NCBI RefSeq assembly: GCF_001194135.2
Contig: NC_069000.1
Span: 39,844,497 to 39,897,137, forward strand
DNA length: 52,641 bases
Direction of reading: 5' to 3'
Origin: Octopus bimaculoides
Taxonomy: Eukaryota
The position numbers and the translations under genes were made by a program. The notes below the pieces were generated by a model that worked only from the letters and a program-made list of their open reading frames with translations, was not told the origin of the DNA and did not search any database. Positions 36,671 to 49,345 of the stretch are shown piece by piece (positions within the stretch are counted from its first letter, which is position 1; each line of letters opens with the position of its first letter).

Positions 36671-36805
36671 ACGAGGCTATAAGGCACTAACATGATTGTG
36701 AGGCGATGCATGAATGGCTGCCAGACACATTAATGGCTGTCGAGCGCATTCATGGCAGTCAAGTACATGCATGGCTGTGAGGTGCAGGCATGACTGTCAA
36801 GCGCA
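36671..36805. repeat. Degenerate 19-bp minisatellite, about 7 units (consensus near tgcatggctgtcaagcgca)
   Basis: Units at 36730, 36749, 36768 and 36787 are in exact 19-bp phase. Confidence 0.8.
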
Positions 36806-36808
36806 ATA

Positions 36809-37020
36809 ATCCTTTCTACTATAGGCACAAGGCCTGAAATTTTGGGAGAGAGGATAAATCGGTTACATCGATCCCAGCACTTGATTGGTACTTATTTCAT
36901 CGACCCCCGAAAGGATGAAAAGCAAAGTCGACCTCGGCGGAATTTGAACTCAGAACGTAAAGACAAACGAAATACCGCTAAGCATTTCTCCCGATGTCCT
37001 AACTATTCTGCCAGCTCGCC
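36809..37020 (-). mobile_element. SINE family A, full length, tail type 1
   Basis: cctttctactataggcacaaggcc...gtcgacctcggcggaatttgaactcagaacg...ctgccagctcgcc. Confidence 0.92.
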
Positions 37021-37024
37021 ATTC

Positions 37025-37112
37025 TAATAATAATAATTATTATTTATTATTATGATTATTATTATTATTATTATTATNNNNNNNNNNGATTATTATTATT
37101 ATTATTATTATT

Positions 37113-37194
<82 letters not shown>

Positions 37195-37265
37195 GAAGAA
37201 GAAGAAGAAGAAGAAGAAGAAGAAGAAGAAGAAGAAGAAGAAGAAGAACGACAACAACAGCAACA
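37025..37265. repeat. (ATT)n(GTT)n(ATT)n(GAA)n trinucleotide compound
   Basis: Direct reading. Confidence 0.95.
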
Positions 37266-37607
37266 ATGATATCAGTTGAGGCGAAAATATATGTAATAAA
37301 AAAGCAGAAGACAAGCATTTGTTCAATTAAAAAGCCAAACTGGAAAATCCTTGGGGTATTAGCAAAAGGAGGTTATTGTCTGGTCACGTGACTGTTGAAT
37401 TCATTAAACGAGTGTTGAGTTGGTCGGTTCAGCTTTTAATCACAAACCGAGATTCGTCCTCACGAAATTCCAACAGACGGCTAATCCCACGGCTACGACT
37501 TGGCATTAGTCACTGCTTCCGTATTGAGGTAGTCTTTGTCAGAAATTAAAACTGAAGAAAATTAAATTTTATGTACTTGCATACCGACATACAAACATAG
37601 ACACACA

Positions 37608-37638
<31 letters not shown>

Positions 37639-37640
37639 TT

Positions 37641-37702
<62 letters not shown>

Positions 37703-37821
37703 CGGTAGGTAGGTANNNNNNNNNNNNNNNNNNNNNNNNNNNNNNNNNNNNNNNNNNNNNNNNNNNNNNNNNNNNNNNNNNNNNNNNNNNNNNNNNNNNN
37801 NNNNNNNNNNNNNNNNNNNNN

Positions 37822-37988
37822 TTACATTCTGAGTTCAAATTCCGCCGAGGTCGACTTTGCCTTTCATCCTTTCGGGATCGATTAAATAAGTACCAGTTAT
37901 ACACAGGGGTCGATGTAATCGACTTAATCCCTTTGTCTGTCCTTGTTTGTCCCCTCTGTGTGTAGCCCCTTGTGGGTAATAAAGAAAT

Positions 37989-37991
<3 letters not shown>
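37822..37991 (+). mobile_element. SINE family A (head lost in gap), tail type 2, followed by (AGAT)n
   Basis: gagttcaaattccgccgaggtcgac...tagccccttgtgggtaataaagaaata. Confidence 0.92.
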
Positions 37992-38084
<93 letters not shown>

Positions 38085-38378
38085 TGAGTGTATGTATGTG
38101 TATGTATGGATGTCTGTATGTCCGTGTCTTTATTCTTCTCCCCACGACACTTGACAGCTAGAGTTGGTTTGTTAGCGTCCCTCTAACAACGGTTCTGCTA
38201 AAAAGAATTATTGAACGGGCACCACACTTAAAAGCAATTAAATACTCGAAAAGGGGGGGCAGAATTGTGCTATTCACGACAACCAGTGATTTTTAGAACT
38301 TTATCTCATAGAAATGAAGAAAAAAAAAGAATTATGTAGAAATATATGTATTCTATTCAATCTTTAATATAAATTCTT

Positions 38379-38517
38379 CTGTGGTAGGAAACCTATTTCC
38401 CAACCAGATGGTTCTGGGTTCAGTCCCACTGCGTGGCACCTCGGAGGAATTTGAACACAGAAAAAATACCGCTAGGCATTTCCTCCAGCGTGATAACGTT
38501 TCTGCCAGCTCGCCGCC
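38379..38517. mobile_element. Chimeric SINE: family B head (+) fused to family A head (-)
   Basis: ggttcagtcccactgcgtggcacc|tcggaggaatttgaac...ctgccagctcgccgcc. Confidence 0.85.
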
Positions 38518-39864
38518 TTGAACTAAACAAACATTGAAACTGAATGGTATTCTATCAATAAAAGATGAATCGAATTTCGCTAATTTCTTTAATTAAAATG
38601 ACAATGAACGAATTTCAATAAAAATGTTCCCGCGGTTGACATGTACACAAACAAATACTTGAAGCAAATTAGTGCCAAAATATCGCAAAAAGATATTAAA
38701 TTAAGAAAATAGAATACAAAGAAGTGAATAAAATCGTTGTAATCAATATTTCCATAAAGGTCAAGTGATTGATACTCAAAGAAATGAAGAAATATTTAAA
38801 GTTATTAATAGAAAATTGTAGTGAAAAATAAACATAGATTTTGTTAAGTGTTGAACTGAATAATAAGTGGAAATTTATTTCTATAAAGAAACGATTCGAC
38901 TCGTGACGCGGAGAGAAGAAAATGTTTGGAATAAACGTCCGCGAAAGTGTCACAAAAGAAAAGTTTGTAAAGCATGAAATGAAAATAAGGGAATAAATCC
39001 TTTTAATTAAAAGAGTCCTTATAATTTATGCCATACCACTTATGAAAGTGTCATTCTCTTTAAGAAACTGAAAATGTATTGAATAGGTCCATGAAGTGAA
39101 ATATTTCTACCAACAGAACTAAGCATTTTAACGTGTAATCGTGTATGTATGTATGTGTGTTTGTGTACGATGGATTCTCTCTTTGGGAATGACAAGTGAG
39201 CGTTCAGTAAAATGACGCGATAATCACGTTCTATGGACACGCATGTGTCTCCTGAGGTCTGCTGGTGCTTTGCAAACCTTTCGGCACTCCTGCGCCTTGT
39301 ATAAACGATATTAATACTTTTTATCATTTATACTAACGCGCTAAATAACCGTATTCCATTTAATTATCTGAGTAGATTTAATAGTTGTATCATTTAAAGT
39401 GCGTTGATTAGAGAAAGAGAGAGAGAGAGAGATAATATCATTGAAATGAATATTTATATTTCCGAAAAGGTACGTTAACACAACGCCATCAAGGCGATCC
39501 AGAATTAATGAAATTCAAAATTAACTTACGAAATATTTCCAGTACACGAACGCCTACGAAAAGAACGCTTAGAAGGAATTCAATCTAAGACATTGGACAT
39601 TGCCGTATTCAAATAATGGTGACGTCAATGGATAACGAAAAAAAAAAGTAGAAATAAAAACTAAACATATTTTTAAAAAAAAGGCTATTTTGAAACAGAA
39701 ATTTGAATGTTTGTCTCGAAACTCGAGTTTCATGTCAACGTGATCACCGGGTGTACTGCTAGGAAATTCGAGTCACTGAAATTTCAGTTTCTGCTTTTAC
39801 AGTAAAAGAAACTATATCTTCCACATGTATTTAGCATTCAGCACTCTTAGTCTTTCGAGATTAC

Positions 39865-39893
39865 GTAACACACACACATACACACACACACTC

Positions 39894-39940
<47 letters not shown>

Positions 39941-40219
39941 CTNNNNNNNNNNNNNNNNNNNNNNNNNNNNNNNNNNNNNNNNNNNNNNNNNNNNNNNNNN
40001 NNNNNNNNNNNNNNNNNNNNNNNNNNNNNNNNNNNNNNNNNNNNNNNNNNNNNNNNNNNNNNNNNNNNNNNNNNNNNNNNNNNNNNNNNNNNNNNNNNNN
40101 NNNNNNNNNNNNNNNNNNNNNNNNNNNNNNNNNNNNNNNNNNNNNNNNNNNNNNNNNNNNNNNNNNNNNNNNNNNNNNNNNNNNNNNNNNNNNNNNNNNN
40201 NNNNNNNNNNNNNNNNNNN

Positions 40220-40283
<64 letters not shown>

Positions 40284-40430
40284 CGTGTTTTTGTGTGTGT
40301 GTGTTTGTGTGTGTGAATGCGCGTGTGTGAGTGGGAGTGTCTGTGTATTATAAACATGCATGCAGTATTATATAGTACAGCAAATAAGTTAAGACAGATG
40401 AAATAAAATCAAGCCATATTACATACATAC

Positions 40431-40480
<50 letters not shown>

Positions 40481-40813
40481 ATTATACATATGTATATGCA
40501 TATATATATATATATGTATATGTATATATGTATATGTATATATATATACATATATATATGTATATATATGTATATGCATATATATATGTATATATATACA
40601 CACATATATATACATATATATATAGATAGATACGTGTGTGTGTGTGTGTGTGAGTGTGTGTATATGTGTGTTTACATATGTGTATCTATATCGTATATTA
40701 TCTTCGGAAATAGATCATTATGTGTGGGAGAAAGGAAATATTTCAACCGTCTTTTCTTATTAGCACCTTATAAATGCTAATGTATATATAAGTGTATGTG
40801 TGTGTGTGTGTGC

Positions 40814-40844
<31 letters not shown>

Positions 40845-40850
40845 TATACA
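39865..40850. repeat. Mixed (CA)/(TA)/(TG) arrays around N-gap ~39943-40219
   Basis: Direct reading. Confidence 0.9.
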
Positions 40851-41479
40851 TACTTATGCATATATATGTATTATAGCTTTAAATTCGATTGTTTTTACAT
40901 TCGTACAACCATCTCGCTAAGTGTTTTTCCGTGCGACGAATATTTTGGGTTTTTAATGTATGTATATATATGTATTTATGTACGTATGTATATACGTATG
41001 TATATACGTCTGTCTGTCTGTCTGTATGTATGTATGTATGTATGTATGTATATACATTCGTTACAAGCATATAAATAATAATCGTTCAAGACAATGTATT
41101 TTATATTCTGGTGTTTATATGTTCTATGGCGCCCATAACAGACTAATTATGTATACTCATTACGTTCTTATTCAGAGCAGACGTTCATAAGATAGCAGTA
41201 TGATATATTGTATTATGTTATACAATGTATAATCTTATATTATATTATATCAAATTTGTATTATATTATGTTATATTATAATATATGATTTGTTTTTCTT
41301 CTGCCTAACAGAACTGGACTAGCCTTTTGTCGATGACAAAGGAAACGCAGCCAAACATTGTTTTATAGTATGACTGCAATATGTATGGCGTAAGTTACGC
41401 ATTCCGTATTTTGGACGATTTTGGAGAGTGGGATGTGTGAGCAGTGTGTTACCTCAATAGCTATTTGGACACTTACACT

Positions 41480-41820
41480 CGCTCGCACACGCCACACGCA
41501 TACACATAAACACCATACACTTACACACACATACACTCGCACACACCACAAACATATACACGCAGACGCACATACACACGTACGCGTGCACACAGACATT
41601 CACTCACGCACGCATACACACGCACACTCTCACACACATGCACTCACACACGTGCGCACTCATATACACACGCACACACACAGACACTCACAAGCAAGCA
41701 CGCTCACAGATACACACACATACACTCACACACACGTGCGCACTCATATACACACGCATACACATAGACACTCACACACACACACATACACACACACATA
41801 CACACACGCATATTCGTGCA
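41480..41820. repeat. CA-rich low-complexity tract with an internal duplicated unit (acacacgtgcgcactcatatacac)
   Basis: Direct reading. Confidence 0.85.
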
Positions 41821-41971
41821 CGCAAAATAGCTAAAATGGAGGCTGGAACCCTTATAAAGGGCCGAAATGAAAAAATTTTCACACTATTTTGATATCTGGC
41901 AAATTGCTCTGAGCCTTTATTGGTAAAAATAGCTTAATATCATTTGCGCTTATTTTATGCTAATGGAATGT

Positions 41972-42165
41972 GGAGTTACATAGCCTAGTGGTTAGTGGTA
42001 TTGCATTTGTGATCATGGTTTCGATTCCCGGACAGAGCGGTAGGTTAAGTTCTTGGCAAAAACACTTAATCTTAGGTTTCTCCAGTTCATTCAGATGTAA
42101 ATGAGTTCCAGCAATAGGTGATAAGTTGACTCTACGACGGACTAACTTCCGGTTCAAGCGGCAAA
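41972..42165 (+). mobile_element. SINE family C, degenerate
   Basis: tagcctagtggttag (A box), ggtttcgattccc (B box), cttggcaaaaacactt core. Confidence 0.7.
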
Positions 42166-43480
42166 AGATGATTAAAATCTTGGTAATTTATAATCCATAA
42201 AAAATGGTGCTAGGGTCCGGCCCTTACGAACCCTATGGTTCATTACAGACCTAAGTAAGTTTTCCTCTCCCTCTACAATCCAAATGACACAACATTAATG
42301 TAACGTTGTCGTCTTTCTTCTTTTACTTATGCTACTTCTTTCACTTTTACTACTCCTACTACGTCTTTTTCTTCATTTTCTTCTACATTTTCTAGTTCTT
42401 TGCTCAAACAATACAAATATGATGCAATGTAATACTCTAACGTCTTCATTGAAATTTCACTGAAGAAGCAAATAATACTTAAACAGCCGTTTACAGTTAT
42501 AGAGACGATGAAATATGAATCAAATGACAAATGTTGCATTAAATTACTATTTATTTAAACGATTTAAAATAATACTTATTCCTCGCTTACTTGTCTCTTT
42601 AGCATAAGATTAATGAACTAGTGTCATGATGAACACAGGAATTTTAGCCAACAACCAATCAGGATATAGTTGCTATATGCCTAGGATATAGTTGCTTGCT
42701 ATATGTCTTATGTCTTTGAAATAACAACGAATGTTCAGAGACAGGTATATGTGCTACGTAGTATCCCGATCACCTATCAGACGAACACAGTGATTAAAAC
42801 AATTGAAACGGAAAGAAAAAAAATAAGAAACGGAATATTTCCTCCATATTTAAACGTCCGTAGATGGACATATGTATCTATCTCTATATATAATGGTCAT
42901 GGGGACCTATTTGTTATATATTAATCTTCTTGCTGGAATGTGTCTATGAATTGACGTGTATATATTTTGTTCATCTGGAGCATTTCATTGTCAGGTCAGA
43001 GATCTCATCACAAGTTGATAAGGCCTGTTATTGGTACCATGTAAACAAGTACTATTCTATAGTCGGGTGGTCGGCGACTAAACTTGTCCCTACTTAAGTA
43101 ACTTATTACTCTTGTGAGGAGGGTGTCTGGACTTTCAGCAGGATTAAAAACAAGACCTGTCGAAGTGTGGGTGAGCTCCTAGTAGGCCAACAGTTATCCA
43201 TTTAGGGAAAGCAATGGCAAATCACTCTAATATCTCAGCCAAGAAAACACGATGAGAGAGTCAGAACGAGTCAACGCTATGATTTCATCCGATAGGAGAA
43301 ATCGCGCTTCATCGGTAAGACTTTTTGCTATTGTGTCGTCAACGTGCAACCAAAAGCGTATGGTCCATGACGATGATGACGACTGGAGTATTTTGTTCAA
43401 TCCTTCTGTCGCTAGCTTAGCTCACCACATCAGTGATTCCCGCAAGCACAAAATATTCCTCGAATGAAATTTCAAACGTT

Positions 43481-43525
43481 AATGAATTCCATTTAAATGA
43501 ATTCCATTTAAATGAATTCCATTTA
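43481..43525. repeat. Three exact 15-bp tandem copies (aatgaattccattta)
   Basis: Direct reading. Confidence 0.95.
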
Positions 43526-43643
43526 ACGAATAAATTCTGCTTTGGCTTAATCTATTTGCCTCAATCTCTCCTATCACAAGTCATTTTCTTTTCTTTTTCG
43601 ACATTAAACTTTGTTTTCCGCCCGCAATAACTGTGTAGTTCCA

Positions 43644-43709
<66 letters not shown>

Positions 43710-43764
43710 GTATGTATGCATGTATGTATGTATGTATGTATGTATGTATGTATGTATGTATAGG

Positions 43765-43925
43765 GAGAGTTAACAAAAAACAACAGACGAAGACAGGTGG
43801 TGTTGAAAAGAAATAGATGTATTAGTATAACGCTGGGGAATTGAGAAAGTCTTTAACGTTTCGAGCCTACGCTCTTCTACAGAAAGGAACACGGAAAGAA
43901 ACAAGGAGAGAAAAAAGGAGAGAGA
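43765..43925 (-). mobile_element. Short dispersed element carrying a hammerhead-like motif, copy 3
   Basis: Reverse complement contains ctttctgtagaagagcgtaggctcgaaacgttaaag (43886 to 43851); flanked by (TATG)n and (TA)n. Confidence 0.85.
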
Positions 43926-43929
43926 AAAA

Positions 43930-43969
<40 letters not shown>

Positions 43970-44893
43970 TGCAATGAGTAAATTGTCGCCATTTTATTTT
44001 TTTGTTTTACGCATGCGCATTGTTTGCTTTTGTTTTTGTCGGCTACACAGTATAGTAGGGTCAGTTGAATACCGTCTGTGAGAAAAAACATCATCATGAT
44101 GCAATTCACTCTTCCATAAATTTGGAAACAACTTACTGTACTGCTCGGAAGCTCCAATACGAACATTTGAGAGTGTTTGGGTGTCAATCTGAGGACAGTG
44201 CAGACAGACAACACAAAGAATGACTCTTCATCATTTGTCGGCTGTTTTCCTAATCCGTATTTCGAGCATTTCACGACAAAATACGCCTTCGATAAAACAG
44301 TTGCTCCCGCAAAGCAAATTAAATAAAATTTGGGATTTACGGAGGATCAAAATTGGTAGCAAAAACAGGACATTGAAAACAAACAAGAAGGGCTGCTAAG
44401 CCTAAACGAGGTTGTAGTGGCGAATGCGAAGAATCAGGCTTGGACAGGAGACAGACAAGAATACGTCTTCCTTGTCCATATTATTATATGATTGAACGTC
44501 ACGCATCCTTTTNNNNNNNNNNNNNNNNNNNNNNNNNNNNNNNNNNNNNNNNNNNNNNNNNNNNNNNNNNNNNNNNNNNNNNNNNNNNNNNNNNNNNNNN
44601 NNNNNNNNNNNNNNNNNNNNNNNNNNNNNNNNNNNNNNNNNNNNNNNNNNNNNNNNNNNNNNNNNNNNNNNNNNNNNNNNNNNNNNNNNNNNNNNNNNNN
44701 NNNNNNNNNNNNNNNNNNNNNNNNNNNNNNNNNNNNNNNNNNNNNNNNNNNNNNNNNNNNNNNNNNNNNNNNNNNNNNNNNNNNNNNNNNNNNNNNNNNN
44801 NNNNNNNNNNNNNNNNNNNNNNNNNNNNNNNNNNNNNNNNNNNNNNNNNNNNNNNNNNNNNNNNNNNNNNNNNNNNNNNNNNNNNNNNNNNNN

Positions 44894-45145
44894 GCTGTCA
44901 GCATAGCTATCATCACCGTCACTAAATATAACATCCCCACCACCATCATCATCATGATCATCATCATTAGTAGCACCACTACCAATGCTACCATCACAAC
45001 TATTAAGGTTACCATGACTGTTAACCATAATTTTAACACCGCAATCGTTACCGTAACCACCATCTTCATTACTAATATCACCAGCATCATCATCATCATC
45101 ACCACCACCACTATCATCATCACCACCACCACCACCATCATGACT

Positions 45146-45197
<52 letters not shown>

Positions 45198-45444
45198 ATA
45201 TCACTACAACCACCACCACCGACACCACACATCACCATCATCATCATCGTCGTCGTCATAGTCACCACCACTACCGCCATTATTTTCATAATCACGTATA
45301 CCACCACACAACCACCAACAATACCACCAACAATACAATCGCCTCCTCCATCATTATCACCATCATCCCCCAACACCGCCATAATCAACACCACCTCCAC
45401 ATCCACCGCCGCTAACACCCATCCATTTATTATTATTACCATTA

Positions 45445-45505
<61 letters not shown>
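44894..45505. repeat. CAT/CAC low-complexity tract and (ATT)n
   Basis: Direct reading; source of the poly-D/M/I pseudo-ORFs. Confidence 0.92.
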
Positions 45506-45507
<2 letters not shown>

Positions 45508-45623
45508 CCAGCATCCGCCATGATTTATGACCGCCAGCTGTGCAATCACCAAACTGCATCAATGCCACTGACTGGCTCAAAACACTGTCTACGCTGGAAG
45601 TGAAGGACCTGCGACAGAACAAT

Positions 45624-45624
<1 letters not shown>

Positions 45625-45672
<48 letters not shown>

Positions 45673-45784
45673 ATCTATCTATCTATCTCTACCCCTCTCT
45701 CTCTCTGTCTATCTATCTATCTATCTACCTACCTACCTAGCTACCTAGCTATCTCTCTACTTCTCTCTCCCTCTATCTATCTAT

Positions 45785-45826
<42 letters not shown>

Positions 45827-45951
45827 GTATGTATATATCTTTTTCTATCTATTTATCTATCTGTCTATCTATCTGTTTATTTATCTATTTCTATCTCTAT
45901 TTCTCTCTCTTTCTTTGTCTCTCTCTCTATTGCCATGTCTCTCTTTATCTT

Positions 45952-46031
<80 letters not shown>

Positions 46032-46040
46032 CCTCTTTCT
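45625..46040. repeat. (CT)n/(CTAT)n polypyrimidine arrays
   Basis: Direct reading. Confidence 0.92.
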
Positions 46041-46479
46041 CTGCCGCATCTCTACAACCAAACAAGTGGTTATTCGAATATCTGTCTCAATTCTTCTTCT
46101 CTAGTGATGTTAATTGATCTCTTAAACATAATAACAAGATGTCTGCTTAAGAAACGATATGGCTTAACAGAAACTAAAACTCCATTTTGTTGCCCCGGAG
46201 GGCAACACTTCACAGTTCTCTGTCTGTAGAATTTCTAAATTCTGAATTCTGATTTAGTTACACATGTTTTTGTTTGCTTTTTTTTTCCTTTTATGTTATT
46301 GTATTTCTATATTTTTTCTTTAGCTATGTCGTTAGGCTAGCTGGTTCTCAAATATGTACTATAGTGAGTTAAAAAATTTTCCAGTGAGTTACATAACTCC
46401 GCCATGAGAAGACAAAATTTCCTTTAAGGACCACTCCAATGGTTTACCACTTTTTCACTACCAATTCTTTTTTATTTCA

Positions 46480-46967
46480 TCTTTCGTTTATTTAAGTTAC
46501 TGGATTGCAACCAGACTGGGGCACTGCTTTGAAAGTGTTTTTAGTCGAACAACTCGAACCTAGTATTTACGCTTGTTTGTTTTTCTAGTCAAGTACTTAT
46601 TTCATCAGGCTCTTTTGCCGAACCGCTAGGCTACGGGGACATAAAGAAACCACACTGGCTGTCGAGCGTTTGTGGGGTACAAACACAAGCTGAAAAAGCA
46701 CATACACACATCCACACAAAGACATACACACGCACACATCCACACACACACACATACACACACACTCACAGACACACATACACACACTCACAGACACACA
46801 TACACACACTCACACAGCTGCACACACATACATAGACAATTTTTGTCTGCCAAATTCCCTCACAAGGCAACGGTCGACTTGGGGCTCTGGTAGAAGACAT
46901 TTGCCCACGTCCTAGACGCTGAGCACTGGGACTGAACTTCAAACCATACAACCGTGTCGTCTGCGCC
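46480..46967 (-). mobile_element. SINE family B, near full length, internal (CA)n
   Basis: ggctcttttgccgaaccgctagg...tagaagacatttgccca...gggactgaac...ctgcgcc. Confidence 0.8.
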
Positions 46968-47163
46968 TCTCATTGAATTTGCCACGGACACTCATTTATA
47001 GGCACGGAAGGGTCTATATGCTCAACAAGCCTTGAACTCGGCTGAAGGACTCCTAGTCCCTTCTTAGTGGACGTCCACCCGTCCCCTGACGTAGGTGAGA
47101 CCTTTGTAACTGCGAAATTAAACTTCCAGTAATGATATTAGATACCTATCAAAAACTAGTATG

Positions 47164-47240
47164 CTCTTATTCTTTTATTTGTTTCAGCTATTTGATTACG
47201 GCCATGCTGGAGCACCGCCTTTAGTCGAACAAGTCGAACC
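47164..47240 (-). mobile_element. SINE family B tail
   Basis: cggccatgctggagcaccgcctttagtcgaacaagtcga. Confidence 0.85.
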
Positions 47241-47640
47241 AATGGTTTTGATGGTTGGTAATTGACTGAGTTTAGTCGATTCGTTGCTTGGTAGTAAACA
47301 TTACCCTCATTTACTTACCATTCCCCTTCGGGGATAATTTGGTTCTAAACACAATTAGATCCCTACTTAATTGGTGTAAAGCAGGCAGGTGTTGACGCAC
47401 TAACTGACGTATGCAAAAATTCTTAATGAATTGAAGTTTTTTCTCTTTAATTCAAAACAAAACACGAAAATCTAAAGATAAGAGTGGGTTAATTTCAACG
47501 AATTAAGAATTAATTATCAGAAATGCTCAATAATAGGATGATCTTAAACAAACGACAACAACTGTATAGCATCAATGCCATTTTGCAAGGAATCTTACCA
47601 ATCAAAAATGCTATAACTCATGTTTAACAAAAAAGAAAAC

Positions 47641-48021
47641 GGTTGTATGTGACTGTGTGGTAAGAAGCTTGCTTCTCAATCCAATGGTTCCGGGTTCAAT
47701 CCCGGGACAAGTGTCTTTTACTCTAGCTTCAGTCCGATCAAAGCCTTGTGAGTGGATGTGGTAGACGGGAACTGAAAGAAGCTCGTCGTATATATATATG
47801 CATATATCATTGTGCCTGTGTCTTTGTGTCTCTGTTTGTTCCCCGTCACCGTCTGACAACCGGTGTTTCTGTATTTATGTGTCTGTAACTTAGCGGTTAG
47901 GCAAAAGAGACCGATAGGAAGAATAAGCCCAGGGATCGATTTGTTCAACCAAAAACGCTTCATGACGGTGCTCCAGCATGGCTGCAGTCAAATAACTGAA
48001 ACAAGTAAAAGATAAAAGATA
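47641..48021 (+). mobile_element. SINE family B, full length
   Basis: tgtggtaagaagcttgcttc...ggttccgggttcaatccc...ggtgctccagcatggctgcagtcaaataactgaaacaagtaaaag. Confidence 0.9.
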
Positions 48022-48119
48022 TTCACCAAAGTTATCAACGCTTTACAACGAATGACTTAAATATGATCAATGCATTTTTTCATGATTCACAAGATTGGCA
48101 GAGACACGAACTGAAAACA

Positions 48120-48245
48120 CGATAATCCTTTCTGCTATAGACACAAAGCCTGGAATTTTAGAGGAAGGGGCTGGTCGATTCCATCGGCCCCATTGCTCAA
48201 CCAGTATATATTTTATCCACCCAGAAAGGATGAAAGACAAAAAGA
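48120..48245 (-). mobile_element. SINE family A 3' half, tail type 1
   Basis: cctttctgctatagacacaaagcc...gaaaggatgaaag. Confidence 0.7.
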
Positions 48246-48853
48246 TAATGAAAGCATTTATGGGCAATAATAAAATATGCAACAAGCTTCATTTTGATGT
48301 ATGATACATGTTCCTGTGTTGGTAATTATAACTGTCCTAAACAAAATGGCATTACTTTTTGACTCACCCTCGTAACAGCTGCTTTCAATCAATGATTCAA
48401 GTAAATTATGACAACTATTAAATTCATATAAAATATATTTTCCCGAAATGTTATAAAATAAAAATTTATATGTCATGTCTGAAAACCTATGTACTTTAAG
48501 CTAATGGCCCTTTATGGGCGCAAAATCTGTGGTAATTGAATCAATGTTGAAAAACGGGCCTAATGTGAGAAGAAATTAGCAATTCAATAAAATTAGAATA
48601 AACTTAATAACAACATGTTATTGACAATTTATAATAGTGTGATAAATTGCATATCGATCGATTGATTTCAATAACTTGTCTGCATAAAGAAGTATAAAGC
48701 CTTAGAGACTTACGTACAGACTTATCTACTTCTACAGACACATGTGCATACATGTGGTACAATAAAAAAATACTAAACAAAATATGTATTTGTTTGAGAG
48801 TGTGTGAGTGTGTATATAGACAGACAGACAGGCAGACAGACAGACAGACAGAC

Positions 48854-48907
<54 letters not shown>

Positions 48908-48920
48908 ATAGATATACATA

Positions 48921-49149
48921 GGCGACGAGCTGGCAGAAACGTTAGCGCGCCGGGCGAAATGCTTAGCGGTATTTCGTCTGCCGTTACGTTCTGAGTTCAA
49001 ATTCCGCCGAGGTCGACTTTGCCTTTCATCCTTTCGGCGTCGATAAATTAAGTACCAGTTACGTACTGGGGTCGATATATCGACTTAATCCCTTTCTCTG
49101 TCCTTGTTTGTCCTCTCTATCCTTAGTCCCTTGTGGGCAATAAAGAAAA
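48921..49149 (+). mobile_element. SINE family A, full length, young-looking, tail type 2
   Basis: ggcgacgagctggcagaaacg...gagttcaaattccgccgaggtcgactttgcctttcatcctttc...cttgtgggcaataaagaaaat. Confidence 0.93.
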
Positions 49150-49345
49150 TCTGACGTTGTTTGAGGCTGATCCATTGTTTGAACCATTCTTAACCCATGA
49201 TGAATGCTGGCTTCATCACTTAGATCCAGAGACAAAGAGACAATCCATGCAATGGAAACACCACTCCTCACTTGCTCCAAAGAAGGCTAAGGTCGTTGGA
49301 TCTAAAAGGAAAGATGATGACCACAGTTTTTCGGGACGCATAAGG
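49150..49345 (+). mobile_element. mariner transposase fragment (first catalytic Asp region)
   Basis: FLTHDECWLHHLDPETKRQSMQWKHHSSLAPKKAKV (cf. TGDETWxxxYDPETKRQSxQW). Confidence 0.85.

Noticed and set aside
39718-39731. Perfect palindrome gaaactcgagtttc resembling hammerhead stem III
   Set aside because: No upstream CUGANGA-like core or convincing stem II.
47319-47403. Minus-strand ATG|GTAAGT donor with an 85-nt open upstream stretch
   Set aside because: No polypyrimidine tract at the candidate acceptor; peptide unrecognisable.
48921-49010. tRNA-like A/B boxes in SINE heads as tRNA genes
   Set aside because: No cloverleaf, and they are always attached to SINE core and tail.
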